From positions 3,162,001-3,226,000 of the forward strand of contig CM102283.1 in the NCBI GenBank assembly GCA_046563655.1: a stretch of DNA of 64,000 nt. Direction: 5' to 3'. This stretch comes from Yuukianura sp. NJ FZ-2021 (taxonomy: Eukaryota). Shown here piece after piece: positions 23,219 through 44,161 of the stretch. Each line of letters opens with the position of its first letter. Positions within the stretch are counted from its first letter, which is position 1. The notes beneath the pieces are model-generated. The model did not search any database, was not told the DNA's origin, and worked only from the letters and a program-made list of their open reading frames with translations. The position numbers and the translations under genes were made by a program.

Positions 23219-24945
23219 TCAGAGAGCATCGCTGAGAGAAGGCACGGTGGGTTCTGAAGGATTTTCCAAATTTTTACGAGCGGCTCGCAGAATTCCGTGA
23301 GTGCGATGAAGTTGACGACAAACGGCTTTTTCAACTTGTTCCTTCTGCTCGGTAGTTGCGCTAAGACGTTCCATGGTCTTATCCAACGCCTGAAAAGATA
23401 TGAAGATATCGAGGGGTAACTTTGATATCCACTGAGATAACTTTGTATCTAGGTAAATTGACGAAAATGTTTACCAATTTGGTTTGACGGAGTCTAAATG
23501 CCAATTCCTTGTTCATTGCTTTCAAAGTTCGGATTTTCTCTTGATCAGAGTTGTCTTTCGGTGCTTTGAGAACGTTTTCCATTCGCGACATTTCAATACC
23601 CGACTCGATTCCAAGGTCAGGCGAAACGTCATCAGATCGTTGGTCTCGTTTCGACTATACAAAGCAAGTTTCAAAAATCAACTTCCAAATTTTGAACTCA
23701 AATTCAAAAAACAGATACGTCAACTTTTGAAAAACGTCTTACAGCAGCCAATGTTTCAAAGTCATGCTTCATTTGCTCCAAAGCGGCCCGAACAGCGTCG
23801 TATTCTTCCAGCAATTCCTGTGAAATGCAAAAAACGTCGATAAATCGTTTTTGATGTTGTCTCAACATTGGCGATAGTTAGTTTTAAGTTGATTAATTTG
23901 ATACTCACTTTGTATCTGGATTTGAGACTGTTGTGTTGCGTCAGTTCCTCTGCGTGGCGAAAACCAAGGTCCTGGATTGAATACGTGTAAAGTTAGACCT
24001 TACTTAAAGTTAAATTAATTGATAATTACTAATTGGTTAATTGACATATCAACTTACTTTAAAGGCTTGTGTCATGTTGATAATCTTCTCCTTGTACTTG
24101 GTAACTTCCAGATCCAAGCTCTCAGTCACTTCGTTTTTGTCTCTCAAAACAGTTTCGAGTGAATCAATCAGCCGTGACTTTGTAGTTACTTCCTCCATGG
24201 CCATGTCCAGCTTTTCCTTCAGTTGTTGCACCTCCGCTTCAAGATTTATAATCCGTTCGTTGTTCAGTGTCATGTTGTGACCATCATGCATTGGAATCAG
24301 ACATGTTCCAGCTGATTCCTTCTCGTCATGCAAGTTCATCAGTGATTTGTCCAGAAGGCACTCGTCATTCTTTCGAAAGTTTGCCAGTTCCAGTTCATGA
24401 TCCAGAACGTCCAGTTTGTGCACAAGATCTTCGTTACGTTGTTGTAGTAAAGCTTCACGCTGCTGTCCAGTTACGATCGCTTCTTGTAGAAACTTATTCT
24501 GAGTTTCGAAATCTCGTGCTTTCCGCTCTGCAAGTTCACGACCTTCCTTCAGTAACTGGATTTCACGAGCCAGTTCCTGAATGTTAGCAGCCGACAACGT
24601 CGTTCCTGGATAAACAAACGAAAATTAGTTAGGTCAATCACAAATTGTTATAATAATGACTATGCAATTACCACCACTGGTATGGGTCGATGACCTTCCA
24701 AGTTTTTCCGTGACATAACGGCACTTGAGATCCCAGTTTTCGTTCCTGAGTTTCCTGATGATCTCTCCACATTCTTTGGATGTTGGACACCTCGATGTTG
24801 CTGAATTGTCTTCACAGGATGGCATGGCTGCCAAGTAATTCGTAACGGACAATTGACTCGCCTTGTTCCTTGGACTTAGTTCCATTATTGCCAGTTGTGC
24901 TTGAGCAGTAAGCTCTTGTTCAGACTCCGTAGTATGAAGCTCCAT
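23219..24945 (-). CDS. Compact centrosomin/CDK5RAP2-like coiled-coil protein with CM1 and CM2 motifs
   Basis: CM1-like TSKECGEIIRKLRNENWDLKCRYVTEKL; central coiled coil; CM2-like QKEQVEKAVCRQLHRTHGILRAARKNLE; TGA at 23219-23221. Confidence 0.75.
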
Positions 24946-25843
24946 TTCCCCTTTGGATCCACAGTTAAAATCAAAGATTCTTATTAACCGTAGATTACTA
25001 ATTTGGCCAGAATTTCCTGAAAGGCACGAACAGTCGGCAGTAGATAGACATCAAAGTGAGCAAATAGACTAACTAATCGTTAATTGTGTACAAAAAGGCA
25101 CTTAATTTTTAAATTGATCCGAACCAATTTCAATTGATTTGACTTTGTTTTTTTGTTGACAGGTTTTTGGAGGTTAGAAAAATAAACTTTTGTTTCCCGC
25201 CTTTTGAAATTTGAATTTACTACGCCTGTATCACATGACTAAAACAAGCGTTGCTCTTCTTTATACACACGAAACTTTTGATTAAAAACTGTAGGTCAAG
25301 GTCAAAGGTCAATGACCTTAGAGGTCAACTAATCCAAAGCGCAGTAATTTAACTATTAATTAAAGTTAATCAAAAAAAATCGAAGCAAAAAAAATTTTTT
25401 TTTTCAAAAAGAAAAATTGCCATTTCTTGAAATTTTCACAAAAATCTTATTGACTCTACCAATTTTTTCACAACTGTTGACAAAAATGTTGTGACTAAAC
25501 GAAATTTCGGAAGGTGAGGTTTTGTTTTGACCAAAACTTTGAACATTCTTGACCTCTGGTTTTCCTTAAGACTTTACTTAATTCCTAATTAACAGTTTTG
25601 TTAATTATTTTGTAACATCGAGATAATCCAGAAATAGAACACATGTTAAGACGTTGTGCCAATCCCAGGATTAAGTTTTAACCAGATGACAATCACTTTT
25701 GTCTTAGTTTTGGTTACAACTCAATTTCAGTTTCAGTTTGAGTTGAAAAGTGGAACTTACTAATGACTGTATACTCTGTTCATTAATGTTGGTTAGGTGT
25801 AGACCACAATTAATCACTCCTTTTAATTAATTCACTTCACACT

Positions 25844-33999
<8,156 letters not shown>

Positions 34000-34083
34000 A
34001 CTCCACCTTTATTTTACATTTTTAAAAACCTATAATTTTTTTGATCAAATTTCCAGAAAAATGTCCATCCAAAATAAAATTTT

Positions 34084-34896
34084 CTAAAAAAGGCTTCTGA
34101 AGACGTTTTCCTTAAAGTAGATTCCGTCTTCCCCCAGCAGATTTCCAGGTGGGGAGTATGCTGCTACCACCACGGTGCGCATGCGCCGTTGACGTATGCC
34201 GAATCCTACTTGCGTGGATCCCTTCCAGACCATGGCTGAGAATGGAGTGACTCCAGGATCTGTCCAGTTGTAGTTTTGTATGGTAGCGTACCACCGAGCC
34301 ACTGCGTGCTCCATGGCGTCAAGGACGTCAATTGACGTCTTTCCACGGTATTGGTACAAGTTTTTGACGTATCCCGGTTGCAACTGGTTCGTAAAAGTGT
34401 TTGATCGAATAAGGTGGTGGGCATATCCCAAAGCAGCAATAGATAACTAAACGAGGTCAAAGGTCAAAAATGTAAATTTTGAAATTTTAGTTTAAAATTT
34501 TACCGTTCGGTTGAGTTCTAGCGGTGGAACTCCGTGTTTCTCCCTCAGTTCATTGTGCAACTTCAAACCAAGAATGGAAACTAAGAAAAATTGGGCCATT
34601 TTAAGCCTTGTTGTCCAAAAAAACTTTCAAAATGTTTTTCAAAACGAAATTTCAAAATTGAGAACTGAATTTTTTGACGAAAAAAGAACTTACAGTTTCC
34701 TGTGACTTCCGTATCTCGTGGTTTCCCATTCTCGGTTAACTCATTGTTCAAAACTCCCTGTACGAAGTTTTGAAAAGTGAAAAGTAAAGGCTTGGATTTG
34801 AAATTTCAAAATTACAAAAATTTGATTTTTTTTTGCACTTACGTAACTGAACTTCAGAATTGTCACAAAATAAAAAATGCAAAACCAACGGCTCAT
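34084..34896 (-). CDS. Secreted stand-alone CAP/SCP (GAPR-1/GLIPR2-like) protein
   Basis: Signal-like MSRWFCIFYFVTILKFSY; LHNELREKHGVPPLEL; AVARWY; FSAMVWKGSTQVGFG; VVAAYSPPGN; ENV. Confidence 0.85.
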
Positions 34897-35860
34897 TTTG
34901 ATCCTAACTGCACAACTAAATGTTATTAATTTAAATATAATGTTGAAATTAATTATTAGTTTGTACAAAACAATTAATTGTTCAACTGTTCTCCCTGGTG
35001 TGATGAAAGCCACACTAACATATAAATTACCAAATTTACAAAGGAAATGCAAAATTTCCAAAAAGTTTTCCTCAAAACTCTGTTTACTTGGACTTGGGAG
35101 TTAACGATCATGGAGTCCTTCCTCTACAAGGTAACTTACCTTCATGGAGATTAAAGTTATGAAAAAAATTAAGATGAATTAACAGGATTATATAATTGTT
35201 GTAAGTTTACTCTACCCATAAACTTTTAATTTGAAGTGACACAGATCAAAGGTCAGCTCCTCTTCACTATATGATTCCTAGAGGTCAACTGGTTCACCTT
35301 CCTCTGCTTTTAAAAGTCATAAAACAAACGGAAACTTGCAAAAAGTATGGAAGATTCACTCCATTTGCAATTTGCAAGTGGCAGGTTGCAACAAAATGAT
35401 CACACTGTGAATCATTGATTTTCTTGTATTTTTAGTAGATGGACATCAACTCCCTTCCAAGTTAAAGTTCGTCCAATCACTTCTTCTATTGGTACCAAAT
35501 TCTTTCTGAGGCGAAGCCCCAGCACGCATACGCAGTAGGCTGGTGTTTTCTACAACGTTGTGTTCGCTGGCAACAAGACAGAGGAAAATTCATTTGGACA
35601 ATGTATGGTTGTTATTTGACTACAACTAAATTTGGACTAAACGACTAAAGTAACTAGGTTCCTGAACAATTCAAGGCGCGTCATCTCTTGTCGGGGCCAC
35701 GTTCTTTCTACGGCGACGTCCCAACAAGTATAAATTCCTCAGTTGGTTTGCGCTACTTCAAATATTTCTATACCTAACTTTGATGTGCAAATATTAAAAT
35801 ATTGAATGCTCATATGCCGAATCCGGTTAAGCCGAAACATCAGCCACTTTGGACAGATCT

Positions 35861-38705
35861 TTAGTACGATTCTGATATGTATAGATATGATGCCACCACA
35901 AGTGGAAGTAGGATAATGGATGCAACGATAGTCCATGGTATAAAGAAAGCCAAAATTGTGAAGAGCCAAAGTATTTTGAGAATACCAACTTCAACAGCAC
36001 CCGCACCAAGGTGAGCTAACAGGGAGCCAAAACTTATAACTGCAACAGACGGAATTTGTGGATTTGGTGGAAGTACCAGAGTCTGGTTCAACATGTCTTC
36101 TGGAGGAGACCGTTCTATAGACCAACGGAACAACATTTCAAATAAATTATGTAAATAAATAATTAATAAAATTATATTCATAATCAGCCCCCTGCAAATG
36201 GCGCCCATAGCAACCAACGCAATTTTTTTTTGTGACGTCACCAGCTGAAAAATACAGTAATCGTGAAATTGGAACCCGCAGGCATTTACTGTTCCGTTCA
36301 TTTAACAAATGTAAAAAAAGCCAAATTGCGACAAAGGTTATACTCCCATAAGAAAAAAATGTCTCAAAAAAAGATCCTCGTTTCCTCCCTCCGTCATTGA
36401 GAAAAGAGGGAACTTCTTTCCTGACACCTGGCCTTTCTGAAAAACCTCCGAAATTAGATGTTGCGCGGCAAGCACATGTTGCAACGATTAAATTGTTGGA
36501 CGCACAATTAAATCAACTCTAAAAGTAATTTGAAAATATGTATTACTATTTTAATGTAATTTATACAGATTTGTTGAAGTATTCATTATTATTGGAGTAA
36601 TTTGTCCAATAATTTAACGATGTTAACATGTGCTTGCCGCGCAAACTCTAATTTCAGAGAGTTTTTGGAAAGACCAGGTGTCAGGAAGGAAACTCCCTCT
36701 TTTCTCAATGACGGAAGGAGGGAGCGAGGATCTTTTTTTGAGACTCATTTTCTTATGGGAGTATAGCCTTTGTCGCAATTTCGCTTTTTTACATTTGTTA
36801 AATGAACGGAACAGTATGTAACCAAGATGTGTCTTACGGGTTTCTATAGGACACCACCAATAATTGGCATAATTCCGGTATTTTCAGCGGGTGACGTCAT
36901 TCTTTTTTTCCAAATGGCAACCAAACAAATTTTCCATTCGCACTACCTAGTAGTATTCTATTTACCTTGATTCATAACATAGTTTTTCCTAGGCTACGTT
37001 CGGGTTAAACCCAGGTTCAAGTAATGGTGAATATAATTGGCTGAAGAGCTTACCACTGCAGAAGAATAGCCGTGTTACGCGTCCGCAGTCATTTCGAACG
37101 TCTACTGCTAAGGAATTCGTGTAGTTGACTGTGGCGCATGTCCCATTTTCCCCGAGGGATGCCCAAAAGTTGCCTAAATACATATTTCCTACGTTAGTAC
37201 CAGTACTCGTTACAGCGAACTCCTTAAGTATGTTCAATTGCATAAGTTATACCATAACCGAGTGTGGTTGTGTTAAGTGTGAAACTGATATGACTCCTCT
37301 TAGGTATATGTATGACTGCATCTTATCACATACGTTGAGTTAGTTAAGTTTTTGCTTACCATTGTTTTGAAAAGTTGGTGCAATTTCGACTAATCTTTTC
37401 ATTACTTCCTTGACAGAGGTTAAGGAAACATTGCGTACATTGCAACACGCTACAGCTGACTCATACACGAGTTTTCTTGCCGACTGCCAAATTCCGTTCC
37501 CAATTTTTTGAAATAATTGTTGTTGACCACACTCCTCCACAACTAAAGGAATTTCACAACAGGTTATTAACGTCTACAAAATTTAGTTTGTTCAGCTCAA
37601 CTCTGCTACTAACAGAAATCCTAAGACGAATTCACCTCTGCTGTGGTTTGCCTTGCACAAGAAATAGATGGGAAGGGTACACATTGATGCTTGTTTGTAG
37701 AGACTTCCATTGCTTCCCGCTCCAACACTCAGGCAGGCTTCCCTTCGCAGTGTGTCACGACCATCATCCAGAGGAAACGTAGCAGACGACGCGTTGTTTA
37801 ACCACTGAAACTGGACTTGTGTGGAAATCTTTGCTCCGAGCCATAAGAACCAGTACCTAACTAGAACAATGTTCAAGCGTTGCAATTCTCTTTAATTTTA
37901 CGAAAGCAGGGAACTCACGTGAGTCCACAGGCTCAAGCAATTGACGGATCTGTTCGACTTCACTTGCGTCTTCGATTATAGGAGGTTCCATACCAAAGGA
38001 TGTAGCGCAACTTTTCATTGCATTGGGCCAATCCATCTACGGACGTGGAATTAGAATAGAATCAAACGGTTCACAAGAAAATGTACGTACCAGTATTCGG
38101 TATTTGCAAGGAACGGTAATCTAGAACGCTTACCTGAACTGTAGAATAAAACAGCTGCGAATTCCCCAATTGTCGCAACTCTTGGAAAGGATGTGTCCCT
38201 GTAATGAAGTATGAATTAACATTAGTGGATTAGTATTCTATGACTCAAGGTTATGTCATCCTCATCACCCCATTGAATTACGTGAGGTTATCAACTTTTA
38301 GCTACCGTTTATATAGCTACCATTAGCTATATTAATTACCTCACTGGGAACGTGGGTAATGTTAAAATGTACTTGATATAGGCACACTATTATAAAGTTA
38401 ATTGTATCTGTCAGTATGTTGGATAGATACTAAATTTTTAAAATTTGTACATCTTGTATGTACTACATTTAAGTGTTCGAATATTGAGAAGCACCTGTGC
38501 CCATGCAGTTGACAGGAAGTCCAGGCGGCGTGCATTCGCAAAGCCCCTTGCGCCGATGCGGTGGAGATTGATCGATCAGCCAATTGTCACGCCACATTGC
38601 ATTTGGTCCATCAAGTGATTCCGCCCAATTTGTAAAATCTCCCGTGTCTACGTCTAGCGTTATGAATACAGTAGCCTCTTCGGCCGCATTCTCCTGTAGG
38701 ACCAA
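35861..38705 (-). CDS. Putative C-type-lectin-like (tandem CTLD) membrane protein; exon structure and limits uncertain
   Basis: WPNAMKSC, LWLGAK..FQWLNN..C..C...YFLC and a second C..C..LFFC module, followed by a hydrophobic C-terminal exon. Exon joins were not fully resolved. Confidence 0.4.
36233..36899. mobile_element. Foldback-type non-autonomous element (long inverted repeat)
   Basis: 36289-36500 is the near reverse complement of 36604-36816; outer tgacgtcaccagctgaaaaata / tattttcagcgggtgacgtca. Confidence 0.8.
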
Positions 38706-39289
38706 ATATAATTATCATATACACATTACGCAAGAGTAACGCGGCTAGGCAAGCCTAATGGCAAAGTTGGCAAAACCAATGTGTTTTCATCTGTGCTTGG
38801 AGAAGTGGAACGAACCTGGCAGGGCTGGGATTTTACATAACATTTCTCCTACTAGCGCAGACTTTTTCTCGTATCGCACTTGCAGCAAAAAAAAATGAAA
38901 ATAAAACGAATGGGCTGCAGTAGACCAGCATTGGAGTTGCAACAGTGGTGCACGGCTGTCTATTTTAAACCATTATCATTAATTGCGGCGTAATCTATTA
39001 GGTTACGAACGCTTTACTCTAGACTATTTGCGCTGCCGTAAGCCAACGCAATAGTCTAGTTCTTCTATATTGTGTTCTGAGTCATTTTAAATATCAGCAA
39101 AACGAAAGAGGCGGGTCATTTTAAATATTCAAGTTTCATAGTTCAAGCCACTAGAGGAAACCATGCTATTCCACAAGGAAACTAGCAGACGTTGAAATGG
39201 CTAAAATTACACAAATTACAAAGAAAAAATTAATTGTAGTGCCTCGTTAAAATACATTATTTTTTTTATTAATTAATAAACAACGGGTT

Positions 39290-39362
39290 CAAGGTGGGTA
39301 AACAAACAAAAGCTACAGATACTTACTTGTAGCAAATACAATCGGTTGCTATAGCAACCTTG
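39290..39362. mobile_element. Short (73 bp) CAAGG-family MITE
   Basis: Ends caaggtgg...tagcaaccttg; perfect 8-bp TSD aacgggtt; an empty-site-like duplicate lies at about 39730-39795. Confidence 0.8.
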
Positions 39363-40089
39363 AACGGGTTATAAATGTTGACACCGTGGAGGAACATGGA
39401 TAATGTCATTGGCCTAGTCCAGTGTTCCGAGGTGCTTTAAAGCAGATGCTTTTTTTGCTTGCTTTTTTTGCTTTAAAAGCAAAAGCAGCAAGCAGCGATT
39501 TTCGCACTTGCTTTTTTTTAAACTTGCTGTTTTTGAAAGACCAATTAATTAACTTTTTTTAAGACAAATTCTTCGTTTTCTAAGGTAAAACGGTCATAAA
39601 CTAACTTTAGTTACGTTATATAACAAGAATAAGGTGATTTTGACGTATAATACGTCAGTTTCACGTTAGTCGATTTTGGCCGCATTCCTTCCAGCGGCAT
39701 TTACAGCAACTTTTTGGTTTTATTGTTGATAAATAATGGGTTATAAATGTTGACACCGTGGAGGAACAGGGATAATTAATGTCTTTCGCCTAGTCGGTCC
39801 TTTGTTAAAAACAATAAGGAAGAAGGAAGTGCCCTGACATTTCTAACATCGTTTCAAAGTTCTCATTCTCTTCCCGACTAGCTGACAGGTTTGTCCAACT
39901 CTGAAAATCATCCCAGCAACTTCGCAAATTTAGCGCAGTCGTTGTAAGACGAGACTTTGAACGGGTAACACATTAAATGAACTAAATTTAATTATTCGTT
40001 TAACTAATAACTAATATAACGCTACTCTTCCCTTGATTCACACTGCACACATAATGTCCTTATAGGATTACGTTATAAGTGTACATATA

Positions 40090-40303
40090 CAGGGACCGCC
40101 AGCTAAAATGGTGCACTCCTGTTTTGTTTCCACATAAACGAGTTAAAGTTTATGTAAACATGAGGTGAAAGCACTCAAAATTTGAAATTTTAGTTAATTC
40201 TCATACTGGAATTTTTGCAAATTCCGTTATTTTACTTGTTCTGGCTCCAGTTGAGAATTTAAAGCAATAATTTTTGGGTGTACTCTTTTAGCTGCCGGTC
40301 ACC
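40090..40303. mobile_element. Small MITE with ~30-bp TIRs
   Basis: cagggaccgccagctaaaatggtgcac versus gtgtactcttttagctgccggtcaccg; TA on the left flank. Confidence 0.55.
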
Positions 40304-40357
40304 GTTTAATCATGTGACCTTCAAGACTTTCTTTTTAAGATTTTAAATTTGATTAGC

Positions 40358-41565
40358 ATGTTTGGGAGGCTGAGTGTGGCGGTTTTACTAGTCTGGGGAG
40401 TGGCGTTGTCGAAAAGAGTGCCAGTACAGTTTCCATTTGCTAGTACCAAGGTGAGTTTACTCTCATTCTAGAGACTCTCTGCAACCGTCGATTTGTATTA
40501 ACATTTGATGAGTTTCTACTTTCTAGGAAAAACCTGATGAAGGGCTCTACTACTTTCCTATACCAGACACTTGCCCAGGTCACTTAACAAAACAAAACCA
40601 TCCACCTTCTCGAATATGTAGATGCAAGATTACTATAGCAACCATTTGTACAAATGGCTTAAGAGGTTATGTCATAATTCCGATTTTCAAAAAAAAACAA
40701 GAAAAAACAACTTTGGTACGAATTTCATACGAATTTTGTTTTCTTACCAAAAATGTTGGTTTTTTTCTTACGCTTTGCTATAGGAATCTTTAGTTTTGAT
40801 TTCGAATTGCTAACGCAACGGAAGCGTGTAAGGGTAGCGCAAGACGTGTGATTCAAAAAATTTAAAATCAAGAAAACAGGAGTTTTGACATAACCTTATA
40901 AGAAGAAATAAACAAAATTTCGAGTTAAACAAGCTTGATGTAGATGGCTGTATACTATACTGTAAATATACTACAGTACTACTATATACTATAGTATATT
41001 TACAATTTAGTATACAGCCATCTCTAGTATATATATAGTAAATATACTATATATATACATAGTACATATACAATATATATCATTGTACTATATGGTGGTT
41101 ATATATATAGCATTATAGTATATTGTACATATACTATGTATATGTAGTAAAAGGTATATGTGTACAGACGAATGTGTCTACATTCCGGAGTGTGGCCCAG
41201 GCAGATTTCTGCCCACAATGGAGGAAATGGACAAAATCGAAAAAACGAGGGGGTATGGGAATTCTAGTCGACGGTTTATCGCCACTGGGGGAGGTGACTG
41301 TGAAGGACTCTACGACCTTGACCCCGTCATTTGTCCAATTACGTCCGTTGGGGAGTGTTACATCAAGTGCGGTGGATTACGCTGTGCTACCCCAGAACAC
41401 AATGGATTCACCACCCGCAACCCTCTCCACCCTGTCGTATTTGAAGAAATGGTCCAACTCCACCGCAAGGAAAACAATCCTACGTTGAACATGTTCAGAT
41501 TCCGCGATATTGCGCAAGCCAAATACCCACAGTATAAACCTCCTCAGCCTTACTACAAATCATAA
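40358..41565 (+). CDS. Hypothetical secreted Cys-containing protein (3 exons)
   Basis: Signal-like MFGRLSVAVLLVWGVALS; donor at 40451; exon starting at 40527; last exon ECVYIPECGPG...C..C..C..C..C...YYKS*. Confidence 0.55.
40625..40937. mobile_element. CAAGGTTG-family MITE
   Basis: Ends caagatta...caagcttg; direct repeat atgtagatg on both sides; body closely similar to the 44429 copy. Confidence 0.85.
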
Positions 41566-42161
41566 TATGTTTATGTTTCTTACATATGCATTCGGATATC
41601 GTGCAAAGAACCGAGAAAAATTCAAGCGACAACTTCCATTGTTCGAGCGTAGTTCGTCCATATTCGAATGCCGACCCTCCACATCAATCCAGAGCCCCTC
41701 TTTGTTCTCTGTTCCTTAAAATTCAAATAAAACCAATGGTTAGCGCAATTTTCTTTTTTTCTTTTACATAAGCTATTATGTAAGGGGTCTACATAATGCG
41801 TATCTATAGTAACAACGATAGCTAAATTCTTTTTGTGTGTAACGAGGAATGTAATTAAATTAACGAATAACGAGCAAAGGCCGGATAAGCAAGTTTAAAA
41901 AAAAACGTTCTAACAATTTTAAAATCTCTTTAACAAATAAGCCATAATAGTCTCTAAAAAGTTCTTACAAAAAACTACAAAAATCTAGCAATTTATTGTG
42001 TATCATTTTACGTAACAAGTCCAAAATCTGATACAATGGGCATTTCGAAGTTTTCTATAGTCATATTTTACACTCTGGGAAAAGAATCGGGACGAAATGA
42101 AGTTTTGTGTCGAAAAAACGTTCAGAACACACATTAAACTTTGGCAGCAACTGACGCTGAG

Positions 42162-42544
42162 CAGTGTTGCTGGATGCTTAAACGTCCAGTGGCTTAATTA
42201 CCACTTTCACTGGATATTCAGTGGAAGAAGTGGGGTCTTACTGGATGGTGGATGGAAGAAATCAGCTGCGTTTAGAGAACATAAGCGCAAATTTCAGATA
42301 AATTTAAATTATAAATTATAAAATAATGTAATTAAATATGAATTTGCTAATTACATTTAATTAAATATATTTTAACACAATTTTCCCTTTTTTCGGCGCT
42401 TATTTGAATTTATTCTGTCCGTTAAGGTTTAAAAAAAAATCAAAAAGCGCTATTGTAACTCTACGCTTTTGAATTCATCCATTTCTTCCACTGGATATCC
42501 AGCCGTGGATGATATACCAAAAAAGTGGATATCCAGCAACACTG
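42162..42544. mobile_element. hAT-like MITE
   Basis: 14-bp TIR cagtgttgctggat/atccagcaacactg; 8-bp TSD acgctgag/acgatgag. Confidence 0.8.
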
Positions 42545-42667
42545 ACGATGAGTATGTCTCCCGATCATTTTGGCGTACCATTTAAATTAGGAACGGGATC
42601 GGGGATTGCATCAAAGCAGAGAAAGGAACGGGAGCGGATTTCCCGGAACTCTGCGCTACACAAACTT

Positions 42668-43044
42668 ACGAATCAAATATAAGCTAATTTCTTCGTTTTC
42701 GGCTTCAGAAGAAATGAGCGCTCGCTTTAGGGTCCCGGTGCAGCTCATATGACTCCGATCTGGGGTAAATGAGGCGTCACTTACAACGAAGCGGGAGTAT
42801 ACACTGAGCCTTTGGTAACCACTAGGAATTCCACATGGGAGTTCCACTTCTGCTCTATACGAAATGACTACGGAATGAATAGTAAAAAAAATGCAATTTT
42901 TGTAACTCAAGAACGCTAGAATATGTATTGTTGCTAACAACACTTGTTAATGGCGTTTGGAAACTCACCCTCGGCGTCTTCAGTAGTCACTTGTGAAGAT
43001 GAGTGGAAAAACAGAAATAATATCAATATTGTTAAAAATAACAT
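42668..43044 (-). CDS. Hypothetical secreted protein (first two exons; may continue near 41570-41717)
   Basis: Signal-like MLFLTILILFLFFHSSSQ; GTGAGT donor near 42968; exon ISYRAEVELPCGIPSG...; GTAAGT donor near 42669. Confidence 0.4.
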
Positions 43045-43926
43045 TTTGAAATTTTACTGGGAAAAAATTGTTTAACGTCCAATTTCGGTAAGCAGAGTAA
43101 ATGCTGAGTACATTGGAGTTTAGCCTTTTATTCATCTTAAGTCTAACGCGTCTTGGGAGTTTAAAAATACTACTTCAAAAATGGTGACGAACTAAAGCGG
43201 ACCACGACCGTAGTAAAAAAAAAATTTCAGTACTAATTTCGTTTCGTAAAACTTTGAGACACGTCGGTTCTTTTGTCCATTCTTTAAATTGTACAAAAAA
43301 CATAGTTTAATTTGGAATTAAAAATTCAATAAAAATTTTTATGTGTGAAACATAACAGTTGATGCTTTACTTTGTTAGTAAGTATCTACAAAGTCTTAAA
43401 TAACCTAACCTATCTTGAGGCAGGTTGAGGAATACTGCAATTATATATTTATGGCTGTTTTCTTTTGTTTCCAAAACCAGAAAGTGTTTTTACGTGGTCT
43501 TAACATTTTAAAAGCTCTGCTATCTTGAATGACATAAATTGAAACAGCGTTGTTGCAGTATAATTACTTAAAGTTAAAAATAATAGCCTTGCCTTGCTTT
43601 GTATTTTGAAATGGTCTTCCATTCTTTACTATTCTGATGAAACAATTGAATTTTTAATTTTAAATTTGAACTTACAAGTTGGAAGTTGTTAAATTTGTGA
43701 ATGGAATTGAATTTTTACAACAAAACGGTAACTTTATTTTAAAAGTTCCGATATTTCTTGTTTTTCCTCTTATTTTTTTTCAAGCAATTAAGCGAAAATT
43801 GTACAACAGGACCAAAATATATTTTATTTTAAGATTTGGAAATAAGTGAGCCCAAACTCCAAATCCAAAATAAACCTAACACAAGAGTTTAAAAAAGAAA
43901 GAAAAAAGTGTGCTGAAGGTTTTACC

Positions 43927-44150
43927 CAAAGTTGTTTAAATCCAAATTTTGTTTTATTTTTTTAACAGGTTATGCCATGACTCCTGTTTTTAGAAAATTG
44001 TTTGTAATTTCTTATGCGATTTGTTGGCCTCGCGCCATGCAAAATAAAAAAGGATTGGTCCAAAAGTTTTTTTTTAAGTTTGTTTTTTAAATCCGAGTTA
44101 TGGCATAACCTGTTACGGAATTTGTGCAAACCGCCACTATAGCAACCTTG
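43927..44150. mobile_element. CAAGGTTG-family MITE (reverse orientation) just past the stop of fusion gene A
   Basis: Ends caaagttg...caaccttg; TSD gttttacc/gttttaag; internal aacaggttatgccat/atggcataacctgtt. Confidence 0.8.
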
Positions 44151-44161
44151 GTTTTAAGCGG

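Noticed and set aside
40625-40937. Possible third MITE-derived intron
   Set aside because: The best exon model (donor near 40580, acceptor near 41167) places the element inside a larger intron. Splice sites at its ends could not be supported.
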